Origin: a virus
DNA length: 64,000 nt
IMG/VR virus record: IMGVR_UViG_3300003323_000257
Span: 69,923-133,922 of that record
Direction: 5' to 3' (one strand)
Of the stretch, positions 47,972 through 58,011 are shown one piece after another. The position numbers were made by a program, and so were the translations under genes. The number at the start of each line of letters is the position of its first letter. The first letter of the stretch is position 1. The notes beneath the pieces are model-generated. The model saw nothing but the letters and a program-made list of their open reading frames with translations, had not been told where the DNA came from and ran no database searches.

Positions 47972-48372
47972 ATAATTTTGCTTCCGAAACATATCGCATA
48001 TCAAGCGCTCTTGATCAGGTGAATACAGCGCACCTTATTAGTATGATTAAGAAAAAGCTTGAAGACGAAGTTCTTGACCGCTTTGAATCTGGAGAAGACA
48101 ATGTCCCTTCATTTAACATCAATACTCCTTACGCCCAGATAATAAGTTCTGGGATGATCGCCAGTTTCAAGGTTACCAAACGTGGCGATGTAGTATTCTA
48201 TGCCTCAGATGGTAAGATTGTACCCAGTAAGAATTCAACTCGTTATAGATCACGTCGAACCTTACGTAAATGGGCTAAATCAAAAGTTGGCCTCATGATA
48301 GCAGACGTTCTGTTAAAACCGTTGATGCCTGTGGAGTTTATTAGTCTCAATATAAAGTTGGATACCAAATGA
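47968..48372 (+). CDS. Hypothetical protein
   Basis: ATGA overlap chain, AAGGA SD. Confidence 0.65.
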   Translation: MNNFASETYRISSALDQVNTAHLISMIKKKLEDEVLDRFESGEDNVPSFNINTPYAQIISSGMIASFKVTKRGDVVFYASDGKIVPSKNSTRYRSRRTLRKWAKSKVGLMIADVLLKPLMPVEFISLNIKLDTK

Positions 48373-48611
48373 AAACTTTAGAGGAAGTTCTTGAGCCGTT
48401 TGATGGAAAGCCGATGACAGAGGAAACCCAGCAACAGTTATTTAAGGCGCTAGATGATTGGAGAGACGAAACGGGTTATCACGTCTGGGCCGAAACGTTT
48501 ATAGACGAGACCGTAAAGACAAAAGAAGATCAAGCAGTAACACTCTCAATAACGTTCAAGTACGCACCTAAGCGGGACAACAATGCAACACATCCATTCG
48601 TTTTGGCTTAA
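48369..48611 (+). CDS. Hypothetical protein
   Basis: ATGA overlap chain. Confidence 0.6.
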   Translation: MKTLEEVLEPFDGKPMTEETQQQLFKALDDWRDETGYHVWAETFIDETVKTKEDQAVTLSITFKYAPKRDNNATHPFVLA

Positions 48612-50820
48612 GGATACACTACTATTCAAGGACCTGAAGTTTGAGATTCCTAAAGGGATCAGCGTCATATATGGTTTGAATCGCACCAACGGTCGAAAGT
48701 CGATGCAAGCCAACGGTGCAGGCAAATCATCTGCGTTCGCCTCTATCGGAGAGATACTTTACGAAGAACCAATCGTTGGCCTTAAAGAGGACACTGTTAA
48801 GCAAGGCACTCGTGGTGTGCGGTTAATGCTCAACAAGAAGCAGGTTGACGTTGTAAGGAAGAACAGCAAGCTGGAAATCCTGATCAACGGAAAACCCAAG
48901 GAGTTCCGTAAAAAGTCAGATGGACGAGAATGGTTGAAGCGTAATCTTCCGATCTCGCAAACGGAATTCAATACCTATGGCTTCCTGGATGCTCGGGTTC
49001 CTCACCCATTGGTGATGGGTTCTTCGACAGAACGAAAACGCTTCTTTACCGAAGCGTTTGGACTCGATAAGATTGATATTGAGCGCCGTTTGTTTGAAGC
49101 CGAGTTGGCCAAACTCAAGCGGGTAAGAGCTGCCTACAAAGAACTGAAGGCAGTATTTGATGCCGACCGTGAAAAGGCACTGTCCAAGGAGAAGAGGTTA
49201 AGCCTCGAACAGCGAGTACGAGAATACGAAGAGGAACTCAAGGACCTCAATGATAAGAACACCAGGCTCCAGGTTATCTCCCAATTGATGGCCTTTGAGC
49301 AATCCGCTATAAAGCAAATTAAAGCCTTCGATACGCTGTGTCCGAATTTGGAAGAATTCAGCTCTCTCCAAGAAGAAATAGAGAAGAACCTGAGGGACAA
49401 CAAGGTCAAGCTTCGTGATGCGCACGCCTGGGCTGATTACCAGCGAGATAGCCGCAAGTATACCAAAGCGATTGCGGCTCTTTCGGATGACGCTAGTTCT
49501 TTAATCAAAAAACTAGGACTGAAGAAGGCCATCAAGAAATGCCGAGAAGCAGCTGATGAATTGGATGAACTGAAGTCCAAGCTCGACAGACACCAATACC
49601 TTAAGGACAATGAGGTCTCAAAGCCTATCGAATTAGAAGGTCGTCCACCAAAGGTCGGCAGGAAAGAATTGCAAGCCCAGCTGGAATCTCTTGAACACCG
49701 CTTGGAGCACGCACAGAAATTCAATACTGGAACTTGTGATTCGTGCGGCCAAGAAGTCAAGGTCAAAGATCCTAAGAAAATCAAAGCCAAGATCGCTGAT
49801 GTTGAGCGAGCATTAGATGATTGGGCACAGATTGCTGATTACGAGGAGCAATCTGAACGCTACAAGGAATGGCGTAAGGAGTTCAAACCTTTAAACGCCG
49901 AGATCGAGGACATCAAGCAACACCTGACTAAGGCAAAGCTCCACAAGACAATCGGTAAAGAACTGCGAAATCTACCAGAAGAGCCGGAACCTTTCGAGGG
50001 CCGTAAACTTGAGGTCGAAGTCTGTGAACGAATGGTTGAGGAAGACAAACAGCAACTCCAGCTGTTGGACTTCATGCAACCGAATCTTGACACTGTAGCG
50101 TCCTTGCGCAAACTGACCGATAAACAGCGCAACGCGGCAGCTGTTGCTCCGCGCCTTCAGCAGCGTATCAATGACGTCCATGAAAAGCTGTCCAAGCTCA
50201 AGGCCCGTCTTGAAGTGAATGAGATGGTGTGCTCCTCGTTAAGGAGTCATAGAACCAGACTGGAAGAAATGAAAGCCGAACTGGTTCATGAGGAGCACCT
50301 AAAACTTCTGGTTGAAGCTTACTCCGATAAATCGATGAAGCGCATGGCCATTAAGGCCGTCAGCCGACGCCTTATGGCTGAGGTCAATAAATACGCCAAG
50401 GCCATCTTCCCGGAAGACTACGATTTTGGATTCAGCTGGGAATCGTCAAAGATTAGTCTGACAGTAACGCGCAAGTATCGACAAGGTAAGAAAGTCAAGG
50501 TGCTGACCTCTGATGTGCGTAAGCTCTCTGGTGCTGAGTCAAAGCTCTACACCTTCATCTTGGTGTTGGCCCATTTGACGTTTGTTCCTTCGAGGAAGCG
50601 TAGCAACGTGCTGATCCTCGATGAGCCAAGCGCCAACTTCAGTGCAGAAACTACAGAGTCCTTCCGCAAGCTCCTACCAATTCTAAATAAAATCATTCCA
50701 TCGATTGTCGTTATTACTCCACGTACTGACGAACGATACGAGAATGCACAGGAGTTTACAGTCTTGAAAGAGAAAGGAGAGGCCAAGATTGTTAGAGGCC
50801 ATCCACAATCAATAAAATGA
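48583..50820 (+). CDS. sbcC: SbcC/Rad50 (T4 gp46-like) ATPase
   Basis: Walker A NGAGKSS, coiled coils around a CDSC zinc hook, signature LSGAE, Walker B LILDEP. Confidence 0.9.
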   Translation: MQHIHSFWLKDTLLFKDLKFEIPKGISVIYGLNRTNGRKSMQANGAGKSSAFASIGEILYEEPIVGLKEDTVKQGTRGVRLMLNKKQVDVVRKNSKLEILINGKPKEFRKKSDGREWLKRNLPISQTEFNTYGFLDARVPHPLVMGSSTERKRFFTEAFGLDKIDIERRLFEAELAKLKRVRAAYKELKAVFDADREKALSKEKRLSLEQRVREYEEELKDLNDKNTRLQVISQLMAFEQSAIKQIKAFDTLCPNLEEFSSLQEEIEKNLRDNKVKLRDAHAWADYQRDSRKYTKAIAALSDDASSLIKKLGLKKAIKKCREAADELDELKSKLDRHQYLKDNEVSKPIELEGRPPKVGRKELQAQLESLEHRLEHAQKFNTGTCDSCGQEVKVKDPKKIKAKIADVERALDDWAQIADYEEQSERYKEWRKEFKPLNAEIEDIKQHLTKAKLHKTIGKELRNLPEEPEPFEGRKLEVEVCERMVEEDKQQLQLLDFMQPNLDTVASLRKLTDKQRNAAAVAPRLQQRINDVHEKLSKLKARLEVNEMVCSSLRSHRTRLEEMKAELVHEEHLKLLVEAYSDKSMKRMAIKAVSRRLMAEVNKYAKAIFPEDYDFGFSWESSKISLTVTRKYRQGKKVKVLTSDVRKLSGAESKLYTFILVLAHLTFVPSRKRSNVLILDEPSANFSAETTESFRKLLPILNKIIPSIVVITPRTDERYENAQEFTVLKEKGEAKIVRGHPQSIK

Positions 50821-51524
50821 AGAACGTAATCCATGCCTACGGGGTGTTGGCATCCCCTTTGCAGTTAAGCGCTGCTCTTTCTGGCTTAGGTATCTCGCAT
50901 GTGATAATCGATAGTTCGCTGCAGGCCCGACCTACCGTGAAGGATTTGGCGACCAAACAGCCTGCCTGGCCTGTCATTGTGCCTTCACTGAAGGCTTTAG
51001 GCCGTCATTGGCTGCCTTACCAACGTCAGATCCTTTATGTATGTGGTTCAGCAGGTGAGCTGAAGACTTCAAATCTGAAGGTCATAAAGGATTGGCGACT
51101 CCATCTTCAGATGAGCCTAAAGCACGCATTGGTGAACGAATTCCCTAAAGATTGGCAGCTGGTAATCGATGAGCCTACCATGGAGGATTTTGTTCATGTG
51201 GCAACCAAACCTTCGTTCCTTAATCACGTACAGGCAGAAATATACAAACTTACTCCGTACGATCTACGGAAGACTACTCAGTCCCTGGTAGTTGGATACC
51301 TGGCTGGCCTTGAGCCCTTAACCAAACTGAGACAGAAGCTTAACTCCTCGTACAAGCTGGAGCGTCTCAAGACTCTGATGGCTGATCCAAAATGTCAGGT
51401 ACTAAGGCAGGCAGTAGCGGACTATCGACGTAATCAAGACGAAGTGCAGGTGGCAAAATTTCATGGAGTGGAGCCGTTTGAAATCATGTATCTGGTCAAG
51501 TCAACAGCCAAAAAGTCAATTTAA
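50817..51524 (+). CDS. Hypothetical protein
   Basis: 235-aa ORF coupled to sbcC. Confidence 0.7.
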   Translation: MKNVIHAYGVLASPLQLSAALSGLGISHVIIDSSLQARPTVKDLATKQPAWPVIVPSLKALGRHWLPYQRQILYVCGSAGELKTSNLKVIKDWRLHLQMSLKHALVNEFPKDWQLVIDEPTMEDFVHVATKPSFLNHVQAEIYKLTPYDLRKTTQSLVVGYLAGLEPLTKLRQKLNSSYKLERLKTLMADPKCQVLRQAVADYRRNQDEVQVAKFHGVEPFEIMYLVKSTAKKSI

Positions 51525-51527
51525 TAG
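51517..51527 (+). promoter_or_regulatory. Class-1 motif CAATTTAATAG
   Basis: Upstream of a three-gene unit ending in a virion-like gene and a terminator. Confidence 0.5.
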
Positions 51528-51535
51528 GACAAACG

Positions 51536-51886
51536 ATGATCATTACAGTGCTTCTACCTTCAGGCGCACAAGCGACATTAGGTGTAGCCGAAAACACGTT
51601 GGTCTTCAACGGACAGGACTTTGTCACACCAGAAGACCTTCAATACGCAGAGCTTTACACTGTACCTGTCCAGGCTTTATCAATGCCATACAGACAGCTT
51701 AGTTCCTTGATGTTGAGCACCATGGTAAAGATCAAGGCCCTCGTGACCGCAAAAGATCCTACTGTGGTTCCAACAACCGACACTCAATTGGTTGCCGCCG
51801 ACGATCCTACTTTAGGGCAGTGTCTGTGTGGATTAACTTGCAGTGGAGTTGACCTGCGTTTTGTTACTGTATCTGTGGAGAGCTAA
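51536..51886 (+). CDS. Hypothetical protein
   Basis: AGGA SD, preceded by CAATTTAATAG. Confidence 0.65.
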   Translation: MIITVLLPSGAQATLGVAENTLVFNGQDFVTPEDLQYAELYTVPVQALSMPYRQLSSLMLSTMVKIKALVTAKDPTVVPTTDTQLVAADDPTLGQCLCGLTCSGVDLRFVTVSVES

Positions 51887-52126
51887 ATGAAGCATGCACG
51901 TGAAGATTACAATCGTATTCAAGACCCGGAGAACAAAATCGGAGAAGATGAACCTGTGTTCCTTCTAAGGGCTCAGGACGTAAGTGCACCAGATACTCTA
52001 CGCTTTTGGGCGGAGGAAAATAAACGTCGAGGTGGAGACCCGGCGTTATCTGCTATGGCGCACGTTCACGCAAACGAAATGGCTTTATGGCAAATCCAAA
52101 ATGGATTCAAACCCGCTGACTTATAA
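51887..52126 (+). CDS. Conserved phage hypothetical protein
   Basis: DEPVFLLRAQD motif familiar from phage hypotheticals. Confidence 0.65.
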   Translation: MKHAREDYNRIQDPENKIGEDEPVFLLRAQDVSAPDTLRFWAEENKRRGGDPALSAMAHVHANEMALWQIQNGFKPADL

Positions 52127-52134
52127 GGACAATC

Positions 52135-52932
52135 ATGAAACAACCTTTTGCAACCGACAATAAAATCGGTCTTCCTTTGGAAGCGCCTTCTACTCAAACT
52201 ATCCTACCAGTTATCTGTGGAGGTAACGGCAACATTCGTGGCTGGCTGTCTATCGCGTCCACAACCTTCAACGGGACTGAAACAGAATACACCACATCTG
52301 ACGGTCCTATTCCTGTGAGTTCGGTAACCTTACCAACAAAGTTAGATAACGGGTTGGGCTACAGGGTACCACAATACATGGCGGCTTACTTCCCAGACAC
52401 AGAGCAATCGGCACAACCCTGGCTAGGTTATTCTGCATTCATTGATATCAATGAGAGCCAGTACGCTGCACGCTGGGTCAACGCAACCGAAGGCGGTAGT
52501 CGTCTGATTCTCAATCGAGGACCGTTGGTTACCAATCTGACGGTGTCTATGGACACAGATGCAGGTACGATTCCACCTCTCCCACCAGGACCTAACGTGA
52601 GCAACGGAACATTGCGCTGGGCAGCAGCGATGACGATGAACGATCTCCAACAGGAATGCGGCTTCATCGATTTCAACTGGGTTCAGTTGTTCCAAGCGCA
52701 GTCTCAAAATCAACCGCTGAGAATCGAGATCGTAAGTAATCCAGTTAGCGGTGAGTTCAAGACCACAATCGTACCGTTCCCTACTGTACAGATGACTGGT
52801 GGAGTTGAGTTCAATACGCTGAGGATCATCAAGCTCAAACCAGTAACTCCAGGGTCCTACGTTTTTAATTACAACGTGGTGGACCAGGCTAATCAAAAGA
52901 CTCCTGTGGTGTTCACTCTTACTGTTGTATAA
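52135..52932 (+). CDS. Probable virion structural protein with C-terminal Ig-like domain
   Basis: Beta-rich; ends PGSYVFNYNVVDQ...FTLTVV. Confidence 0.55.
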   Translation: MKQPFATDNKIGLPLEAPSTQTILPVICGGNGNIRGWLSIASTTFNGTETEYTTSDGPIPVSSVTLPTKLDNGLGYRVPQYMAAYFPDTEQSAQPWLGYSAFIDINESQYAARWVNATEGGSRLILNRGPLVTNLTVSMDTDAGTIPPLPPGPNVSNGTLRWAAAMTMNDLQQECGFIDFNWVQLFQAQSQNQPLRIEIVSNPVSGEFKTTIVPFPTVQMTGGVEFNTLRIIKLKPVTPGSYVFNYNVVDQANQKTPVVFTLTVV

Positions 52933-52938
52933 CCAATC

Positions 52939-52967
52939 GACCTGCGGACTTATTCGCAGGTCTTTTT
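52939..52967 (+). terminator. Intrinsic terminator
   Basis: GACCTGCG/CGCAGGTC stem then TTTTT. Confidence 0.85.
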
Positions 52968-53015
52968 GACCTCGTAGGGGTCCGAGTTCCGCATTGATCC
53001 CTCAACTTAGAGACC

Positions 53016-53189
53016 ATGATGAAAATATTCCTCACTGTCCTACTTTGGATCACCACATACGCCGTATTCAAAATAACACCACATGCTTGGACCACAATAG
53101 ACCTCAAGGTCGTGTTAATCCTCTCTTGGTTATTAGTTGGTGCAATGTGGATTGGTTGGTGGCACCTGCTCTGCGACGACAGTAAATAA
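53016..53189 (+). CDS. 57-aa two-TM membrane protein (not in the ORF track)
   Basis: MMKIFLTVLLWITTYAVFKITPHAWTTIDLKVVLILSWLLVGAMWIGWWHLLCDDSK fills the intergenic gap. Confidence 0.6.
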   Translation: MMKIFLTVLLWITTYAVFKITPHAWTTIDLKVVLILSWLLVGAMWIGWWHLLCDDSK

Positions 53190-53192
53190 TAG
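53182..53192 (+). promoter_or_regulatory. Class-2 motif GTAAATAATAG
   Basis: Upstream of the beta-clamp operon; overlaps a Lys-stop. Confidence 0.45.
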
Positions 53193-53208
53193 ATTTGCAA
53201 GGAACAAT

Positions 53209-54276
53209 ATGAACTTCAAAATAGAAGCCGCAGCCATTCAAGAAGCCCTCCGCGTCATTGGACGTCTGGCCCCACCAGATTCAGGCAACGTAACCATCAG
53301 CTCAACTGGTAAGAAGATTTTTGTCCACTCCTCATCAGAGACCTCTCGTTGTCAAGTCAACGTACCTGCATCCGTCGAAGGTAAGGCTAGTTCGTTTGCT
53401 ATCCCAATGGTTGCCCTCCGCGACGCCACAAAGGGTCGTAAGGAACTGGAAATCGAATTCTCCAAAGCAATGTGCAAGATTAAAAGTGGTTCGTACCGTG
53501 CAGAACTGGCTACGGTCGACGCGCTGGAATTGGATGCTAACGAATCGGAAAAAGGTACAGTGATTGAGTTCACTGCCGAACAAGCAAGTTGGCTGACCTC
53601 TGCGGTCAACACAGTGGCCCTAAAGCCTACTGCGTTGCTGTCATCCTTCATGCCGTTGGCCGTTAAGTTGACCTCCAAAGGTGCGTTCGTTGCCTGCTAC
53701 GATGTGAACCATATGGCCTATTTGAATTCCGACGAGGCCAAAGGTGATATGGAGCTCAAGCTTCCACTCGATACCTTGACTGCTGTGTTGGACGCGTTCA
53801 AAGCCTCTGCATTCACATTGGAGCTAGGTAAAGCCTCCGTTAATGTGGCGAATAAATTGGTGAAGGTTAATCTGAGCCTACCTCAGGAGGAAGAAGGTGA
53901 GCTACAATTAGCCGACGTAATCGAAATGGTAAAGTCGTCTAAGAAGGCTGACGGCCAATCCTTGGTTGTGAAGAAAGAGGAAGTGCTGGCATTCCTAGAC
54001 AACGCAAGGGCTATCGCAACCAAAGAGCGTTCCGAAGTTAAGGTCTCTGTTTCTGATGGTAAGCTCAAGATGGAGGTCGTTACCGTCCAAGGTTCCGCCA
54101 AGGCCATGATGAAGGTCAAATCGAAGAACTGCGAGTTCGCCATTGACTTCGAATATCTGGACGAGGCAGTTCGAAAGGCTTCCGATAACGTGGAGATGAA
54201 ACTCGTGAAAGACGAATTCCTTTCAGTCCATCTGAAGAACTCGACAATCCTGCTGTCACTGAACCAAGAACAATGA
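53209..54276 (+). CDS. dnaN: Sliding clamp (DNA Pol III beta-like)
   Basis: About 355 aa with three-domain beta-clamp pattern (FKIEAAAIQEAL..., FAIDFEYLDEAV); start reassigned to ATG 53209. Confidence 0.75.
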   Translation: MNFKIEAAAIQEALRVIGRLAPPDSGNVTISSTGKKIFVHSSSETSRCQVNVPASVEGKASSFAIPMVALRDATKGRKELEIEFSKAMCKIKSGSYRAELATVDALELDANESEKGTVIEFTAEQASWLTSAVNTVALKPTALLSSFMPLAVKLTSKGAFVACYDVNHMAYLNSDEAKGDMELKLPLDTLTAVLDAFKASAFTLELGKASVNVANKLVKVNLSLPQEEEGELQLADVIEMVKSSKKADGQSLVVKKEEVLAFLDNARAIATKERSEVKVSVSDGKLKMEVVTVQGSAKAMMKVKSKNCEFAIDFEYLDEAVRKASDNVEMKLVKDEFLSVHLKNSTILLSLNQEQ

Positions 54277-54644
54277 AATCCCTTATAGACCTGTGCGTTG
54301 GAGTCTTTCACGAGATTTCAGGCCACTACCTAATACTTGTTCACGAACTTAAAGCACAAACAGAAATCACTATCGGGCCACGTTTACCTGTCACCTGCAT
54401 GTTCGATATCAACTATGCGATGGTTGATGGTCAACGTGCAGGCTTTCTTTTCACCTCCCGTTTTGAAACCGTTAATGGTGGTTCGTATCTAATGACCTAC
54501 CTACATAACAAGGGAGCGGCCACTGAATCGGAGACCTTGATTAAGGACGAACATCTGGTAGTATTCCACTACCCCAACAAAGGTACGTTGGCCATAAGTC
54601 CCCTGGTGAATCCAGAGTTAGATATCGTCTTCCAGGAGCAGTAG
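54273..54644 (+). CDS. Hypothetical protein
   Basis: ATGA overlap. Confidence 0.65.
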   Translation: MKSLIDLCVGVFHEISGHYLILVHELKAQTEITIGPRLPVTCMFDINYAMVDGQRAGFLFTSRFETVNGGSYLMTYLHNKGAATESETLIKDEHLVVFHYPNKGTLAISPLVNPELDIVFQEQ

Positions 54645-55169
54645 ATGGGAATCAAAGCTGACATCCGCGAATCGTCGGACTACAAAAAATTCCGCAAGAT
54701 CGTTCAGAAGGTACAGGCTGCGCTTCACATTGATAAGGATCGTGAAGAGGCGCTGTCCATGCATGCCGGTAGGACATCACGCAAGCTCTATGGTGAACGC
54801 AAATACTCTCCGAAGGCTTTGCTTGATGCCTCCATGAATGACATGGCGGTAAGGTCCCGCTTGGTAGAAATTCGTGTGAAGTGTTCGAACCAGATTGACA
54901 TCCTGCACGAAGCTTGTAAGGCAATGAAGCATTCGATGTCCACAAACTTCAGTGAGGAAATCAACAAGCGATTTAAAACCGTAGGTGAGCGCAATTCATT
55001 TATGGAAACTATGATTGCGTCCTCGTTGGAAATCGAACACGAAGGTCATGCGCTGATCAAACTTTTGGATGACCTGGTTACTGACATCGATAAATCATCG
55101 TTCCATCTTCGGCACATGATTGACTCCTTACAACTTCTTGAAGGCTCTAAGGGAGGTAAAGTAATATGA
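54645..55169 (+). CDS. Hypothetical helical protein (possibly UvsY-like)
   Basis: All-helical 174 aa upstream of the SF2 helicase; function by synteny only. Confidence 0.6.
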   Translation: MGIKADIRESSDYKKFRKIVQKVQAALHIDKDREEALSMHAGRTSRKLYGERKYSPKALLDASMNDMAVRSRLVEIRVKCSNQIDILHEACKAMKHSMSTNFSEEINKRFKTVGERNSFMETMIASSLEIEHEGHALIKLLDDLVTDIDKSSFHLRHMIDSLQLLEGSKGGKVI

Positions 55170-55438
55170 CCACCATTGCTTCGTATCAGCAACGCGTCGG
55201 CAACCATTGGGAAGTAACCTTTGGTGATTTCCATATGGACGAAGTGCCATATTTGGTTGATGGTGTGGTGCAGGATTACGTTGAAAACAATATGTTTCAG
55301 CTGGACATACTGAACTGGAACGAGACAGTGGAAGCCTTAGTTACTGCCATGATTCATCGAGGATTCATTCTGAGTACCCAACGCGGCGACAAGGGTGAAG
55401 TGATTCAACGATACGTGTGGAAACGCAATGGGTACTGA
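55166..55438 (+). CDS. Hypothetical protein
   Basis: GGAGG SD, ATGA overlap. Confidence 0.65.
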   Translation: MTTIASYQQRVGNHWEVTFGDFHMDEVPYLVDGVVQDYVENNMFQLDILNWNETVEALVTAMIHRGFILSTQRGDKGEVIQRYVWKRNGY

Positions 55439-56978
55439 ACTGAAGGTAGTGGCGCGCGAAGCATTCTTTATCCGCAAAAAAGATATCAAGCCTACAGATG
55501 TGGACGCGCTGGTAAAACGCCACACTCACCTGTTCTTCGAGAAGGACGGGAAGATATGCGAGGACTGCGAGTTCAATGAGGAACGGATGGCTTCCGATAC
55601 TGGACTGAGTGATCAGTGCCCGAACTGTGCAGCCTTCAAAGGTGGGGTCTCTCTGGTTAAGGACGTCAAGATCGGAGACAATAAGTATCTTAGTATTCCT
55701 GCAGGTGATCGCAAGGGACTCAAGGAACTGTTGAAGCACCGTGAGCTGGTCTTCAAGTCGCGCCGTCCTAAAACGGTGATGAAACGTAGAATCAAGTTTA
55801 CTGGTGAGCTGCGTGATTATCAACGTGACGCAGTGGACTCCATAAAGGCCACGAAGTACGGTATTGTTAAAGCACCGCCGCGTTCAGGTAAAACCGTTTT
55901 GAGCACGGCTGCTGTTTGTGAGATCAATGGTAAGACCATGATCCTGGCGGCCCAAAAAGAATGGCTTGATGGCTTCTATGAGACGTTCTGTGGCTCCTCA
56001 ACTCAGAAACCTCTGACCAACGCAAAGAAATCGCAAGTTGGTTACTGCCGAACCTTGGCCGACTTTGAGAAATACGATGTATGCTTGGTAACTGCCGCGA
56101 CGTTCCGCAGCGAGAAAGGTCAGAAGCTTCTGAGGAAGATTCGTGATTGGTTCCAAGTTCTGATTGTGGACGAAGTGCACATGGCAGCGGCGAACAAATA
56201 CGCCATTGCAGTAGCTAAACTGAATACTCGTTACAAGATTGGGCTAAGCGGTACGCCGTCGCGTAAGGACGGACGCTTTGTTATTGCTGCTGCCTTATTT
56301 GGGCCTATTCTGTTTGAAGCAAAAGTGGAACAGTTAAGACCACGAGTGCAACTGGTTCGTACAAGTTACTCGCGTCCTAAATCTAAAGGCCGCGGTCCTC
56401 AATGGGCGACCATAGTTAAGAGCCTAGAAAGCGATCCTAAACGCCTGAAGCTCATCGCGCAATGGGCAATCAAGGACGCGAAGGCTGGTCACATGGTGTT
56501 GATTCCGTTGGCACAGGTCGCACCAATCAAGGCCTTAGCGATGGCTATCAATAGGTTGGCAGGCAAGCGTATGGCGCACCCATTTTGGGGAGGCCTACAA
56601 AAGGATAAGCGCAAGCAACTTATTCAGGATGCACGTAACTACAAAGCTCGCATCGTTGTCGGTAACTCCAAGCTTGTGTCAGTGGGTACCAATATCCCAA
56701 GGGCCTCGGCAATCTATTACGTGAGCCTCAGCTCCAATAAAGAGAACGCCGAACAACGTATAGCTAGGGTGTTGACTCCGTATGCGGATAAGCCTACACC
56801 TCTTCTTCGTATATTCTTGGATGATTGTGATATAGCTAGAAGCTGTTTAAGAAATGAGTGGACAACAGCTATTAAACCCAAGTTCAATCCTATTATCTCC
56901 GAAATAGATAAAAAGGTATTAAATGCACACATTTTCAAAAAGAGAGGCGACGAAGGAGTTGCCAGCTGGCAACTCTGA
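55428..56978 (+). CDS. Superfamily 2 DNA helicase (UvsW-like)
   Basis: LRDYQ, APPRSGKT, IVDEVH, GLSGTPSRKDG, GTNIP, EQRIARVL. Confidence 0.9.
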   Translation: MGTELKVVAREAFFIRKKDIKPTDVDALVKRHTHLFFEKDGKICEDCEFNEERMASDTGLSDQCPNCAAFKGGVSLVKDVKIGDNKYLSIPAGDRKGLKELLKHRELVFKSRRPKTVMKRRIKFTGELRDYQRDAVDSIKATKYGIVKAPPRSGKTVLSTAAVCEINGKTMILAAQKEWLDGFYETFCGSSTQKPLTNAKKSQVGYCRTLADFEKYDVCLVTAATFRSEKGQKLLRKIRDWFQVLIVDEVHMAAANKYAIAVAKLNTRYKIGLSGTPSRKDGRFVIAAALFGPILFEAKVEQLRPRVQLVRTSYSRPKSKGRGPQWATIVKSLESDPKRLKLIAQWAIKDAKAGHMVLIPLAQVAPIKALAMAINRLAGKRMAHPFWGGLQKDKRKQLIQDARNYKARIVVGNSKLVSVGTNIPRASAIYYVSLSSNKENAEQRIARVLTPYADKPTPLLRIFLDDCDIARSCLRNEWTTAIKPKFNPIISEIDKKVLNAHIFKKRGDEGVASWQL

Positions 56979-56999
56979 TCGTAACATACTTTAGGAGCT

Positions 57000-57317
57000 G
57001 TGATGACATTCGATGAATGGTTTGCCACAACACGCTATGCCGAGTGCCATAAGGAGTTGATTAGATTAGGGTGGGCAGGCGCAGTCAAGACTCTTACGGC
57101 CAAGCCTAAATCTGTGCCTCCAGAACCTCAGGTAGGTGATCACTGGGTAATCAGAGTTAAGGGCGGACGTTTGACCTCACGCATTGAGGTGGTCCATATT
57201 GATGAACATGAGATATGGATTAAAGATGCCTGGCGTCCTCATAAGTATTCGGCCAATCAGAGAAAGCGTCGCCTGGAAGACCTGGAGTTTATGACTCTGC
57301 TTCATCGCAGTAAATAA
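57000..57317 (+). CDS. Hypothetical protein
   Basis: AGGAG SD. Confidence 0.65.
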   Translation: MMTFDEWFATTRYAECHKELIRLGWAGAVKTLTAKPKSVPPEPQVGDHWVIRVKGGRLTSRIEVVHIDEHEIWIKDAWRPHKYSANQRKRRLEDLEFMTLLHRSK

Positions 57318-57320
57318 TGG
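57310..57320 (+). promoter_or_regulatory. Class-2 motif GTAAATAATGG
   Basis: Upstream of the loader/DnaB pair; overlaps a Lys-stop. Confidence 0.45.
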
Positions 57321-57333
57321 CACAGGAGGTATA

Positions 57334-58005
57334 ATGGATTTTATTCAAGGCGGTAAGAGTAAGCCTGCACGTAAGGCCGCACCAAAAGTAAAACAAGTAA
57401 CTGCCAAACCTGTAGACGAATCAGAACTTCCAGTGCGTATCGAGGTCGCTCGGAAAGGTTCAGTCAACACAATAATACCTGGTGCTGTTTGGAGGCAACC
57501 TCCATTTAAATGGGACCCTAAACCATTTGCCACAACAAGCGATGAACTAAACGAGAAGTTTATCGAACCATCAGTTCAGGATCAGTCTCTCGCTCAATTC
57601 CTGAAAAAACCCTCGACCCCTATGATATACGGAGTGTCTGGCAATCCTGATGACACCAAGGCCAAACTGTTCGCTGCCTATTTGATGGACGCGCACTGTC
57701 GAAGATACGGCACTGATGCAAATCCTTGGTGGATAAATCTTGTAGGTGGCTTCGAAAACAAATGGTTGGACACCGATCGAGTAAGACCTTCGATGATTGT
57801 CTTGACCAACCTGACTCCACAATCAACAAACCAGAAGCTTGAAAAAGCCCGAGATATAATCGAGTCCTATCCAGACGTGCCTCGCATTGTAGTGGTGGCA
57901 GGCATGGACCCTATCTCATTCCTGGCCACAAGGCTACACATCCCAATCCATGGCCTAGCCTATTTCCGGGAAACTCTGGTACGAGTTACATCAGAAGTGG
58001 TTTAA
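57334..58005 (+). CDS. Hypothetical protein, possible degenerate P-loop helicase loader
   Basis: AGGAGG SD; directly upstream of the DnaB-like gene; YGVSGNPDDTKAK and MIVLTNL at Walker-like positions without canonical residues. Confidence 0.55.
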   Translation: MDFIQGGKSKPARKAAPKVKQVTAKPVDESELPVRIEVARKGSVNTIIPGAVWRQPPFKWDPKPFATTSDELNEKFIEPSVQDQSLAQFLKKPSTPMIYGVSGNPDDTKAKLFAAYLMDAHCRRYGTDANPWWINLVGGFENKWLDTDRVRPSMIVLTNLTPQSTNQKLEKARDIIESYPDVPRIVVVAGMDPISFLATRLHIPIHGLAYFRETLVRVTSEVV

Positions 58006-58011
58006 CAAAAA

